Assembly (NCBI GenBank): GCA_022848765.1
Contig: JAJISJ010000002.1
Coordinates: 1 to 48,474, forward strand
From: Thermoplasmatota archaeon
Lineage (GTDB): Archaea; Thermoplasmatota; E2; DHVEG-1
DNA: 48,474 bases
Direction: 5' to 3'
Both the position numbers and the translations under genes were made by a program. Positions 47,782 through 48,474 of this stretch are shown piece by piece. Numbering within the stretch: position 1 is the first letter of the stretch; each line of letters starts with the position of its first letter. The notes beneath the pieces are model-generated. The model did no database searches. It was given only the letters and a program-made list of their open reading frames with translations, and had not been told where the DNA came from.

Positions 47782-48474
47782 ATGACAAAAGAGGAGACTA
47801 TTGAACAATTTTCAATTATAAAAGGTATTGGAAATGCAAAAGCTGAGCTTCTATATAATCATGGTTTCGATTCCTTGGAAAAAATTCAAAAATCATCAAT
47901 CGAAAAAATTGCTGAGATCAAAGGTATTAATGAAAAATTAGCAATTCAGATCAAAAATCAAGTATCTAATCAAATTAAATCAAATGATTTACATAAAATA
48001 ACACAGGAAATAAAAAAAGATGAAGAAAAAAATAATATTAAAAAACCTGAAGAGAAAAAACTAGAAAAAAAAGGAAAAACCTTTAAAGAAACTGAGGACA
48101 AAACTGAAGAAAAATATGTTGTAAAGAAAAAACCAAAATTAACCAAAGATCAGATAAAAAATTTAAAAATAAGAAAACAAATTAAAAAAAGAACTCCAAC
48201 ATTTTTAAGAGAGGAATGGTTTAGATATAAAAGAATACCTCATAATTGGAGAAGACCAGATGGATTAACATCAAAAATGAGAATTAATTTGAAATATAGA
48301 CCAAATAAAGTGAGAGTTGGATATAGAGGGCCAAAAGAAGTACGAGGATTACACCCATCAGGTTTCGAGGAGGTATTAATACATAATATTAACGAACTTC
48401 AAGATATTGATAATCAAAAACAAGCAATAAGAATAGGACGTACAGTAGGAACTAAAAATCGTATGAAAATAGAA
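47782..48474 (+). CDS. rpl32e: 50S ribosomal protein eL32 with N-terminal tandem HhH domain (3' end truncated by the window)
   Basis: Translated by hand from ATG 47782: IKGIGNAKAELLYNHGFDSLEKI...IKGINEKLA (HhH), K/E linker, then P.F.R.EW.RYKR...WRRPDG..SK.R, GYRGPK.VRGLHPSGF.EVL. Confidence 0.95.
   Translation, partial: MTKEETIEQFSIIKGIGNAKAELLYNHGFDSLEKIQKSSIEKIAEIKGINEKLAIQIKNQVSNQIKSNDLHKITQEIKKDEEKNNIKKPEEKKLEKKGKTFKETEDKTEEKYVVKKKPKLTKDQIKNLKIRKQIKKRTPTFLREEWFRYKRIPHNWRRPDGLTSKMRINLKYRPNKVRVGYRGPKEVRGLHPSGFEEVLIHNINELQDIDNQKQAIRIGRTVGTKNRMKIE

Noticed and set aside
47369-47788. 139-aa antisense ORF over rpl6, and similar short antisense ORFs over other r-protein, polX, ligA, AOR, cca and purH genes
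   Set aside because: All overlap strongly conserved genes on the other strand and lack recognisable features.
1-48474. tRNA/rRNA genes, CRISPR arrays, IS elements, defence systems
   Set aside because: Intergenic gaps are short and AT-rich with no cloverleaf, regular repeat-spacer pattern, terminal repeats or transposase/integrase ORFs seen by eye; a covariance-model scan would be needed to be certain.

Overview
A very AT-rich, gene-dense archaeal chromosomal segment. It most likely comes from Thermoplasmatota (inference from the archaeal-type r-protein operon, SRP54, class I CCA enzyme, ArcS, HTH-RibK, split transketolase and bacterial-type PurH). I found no rRNA, tRNA, CRISPR array or recognisable transposase/integrase. 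From left to right: DRG GTPase; split transketolase; SRP54; glycerate kinase; a 1500-aa acidic surface protein with a PQQ-like propeller and duplicated Ig-like modules; NOG1 GTPase; a ribK-polX-ligA-small Cys-rich protein run; mobB divergent from a tungsten aldehyde:ferredoxin oxidoreductase cluster; UbiA; a thpR-PAP2-cca-RNase H-fold-purH-arcS-gamma-CA run; a homoaconitase/LeuCD pair; a pilin-like gene with two KaiC-like ATPases; an ICMT-like and an SDR gene; bacterial-type asnA; and the S10/spc r-protein superoperon from uL3 to eL32 (truncated). Best candidates for undescribed biology: (1) an ECF S-component-like membrane protein plus a membrane-anchored molybdopterin-oxidoreductase-like domain at the head of the AOR operon, a possible pterin/tungsten-cofactor salvage module; (2) tandem helix-hairpin-helix domains fused to uS3 and eL32; (3) a multi-stem RNA structure in the uL3 operon leader; (4) a degenerate KaiC pair beside a pilin-like gene. 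All calls come from reading motifs by eye; no database searches were run.
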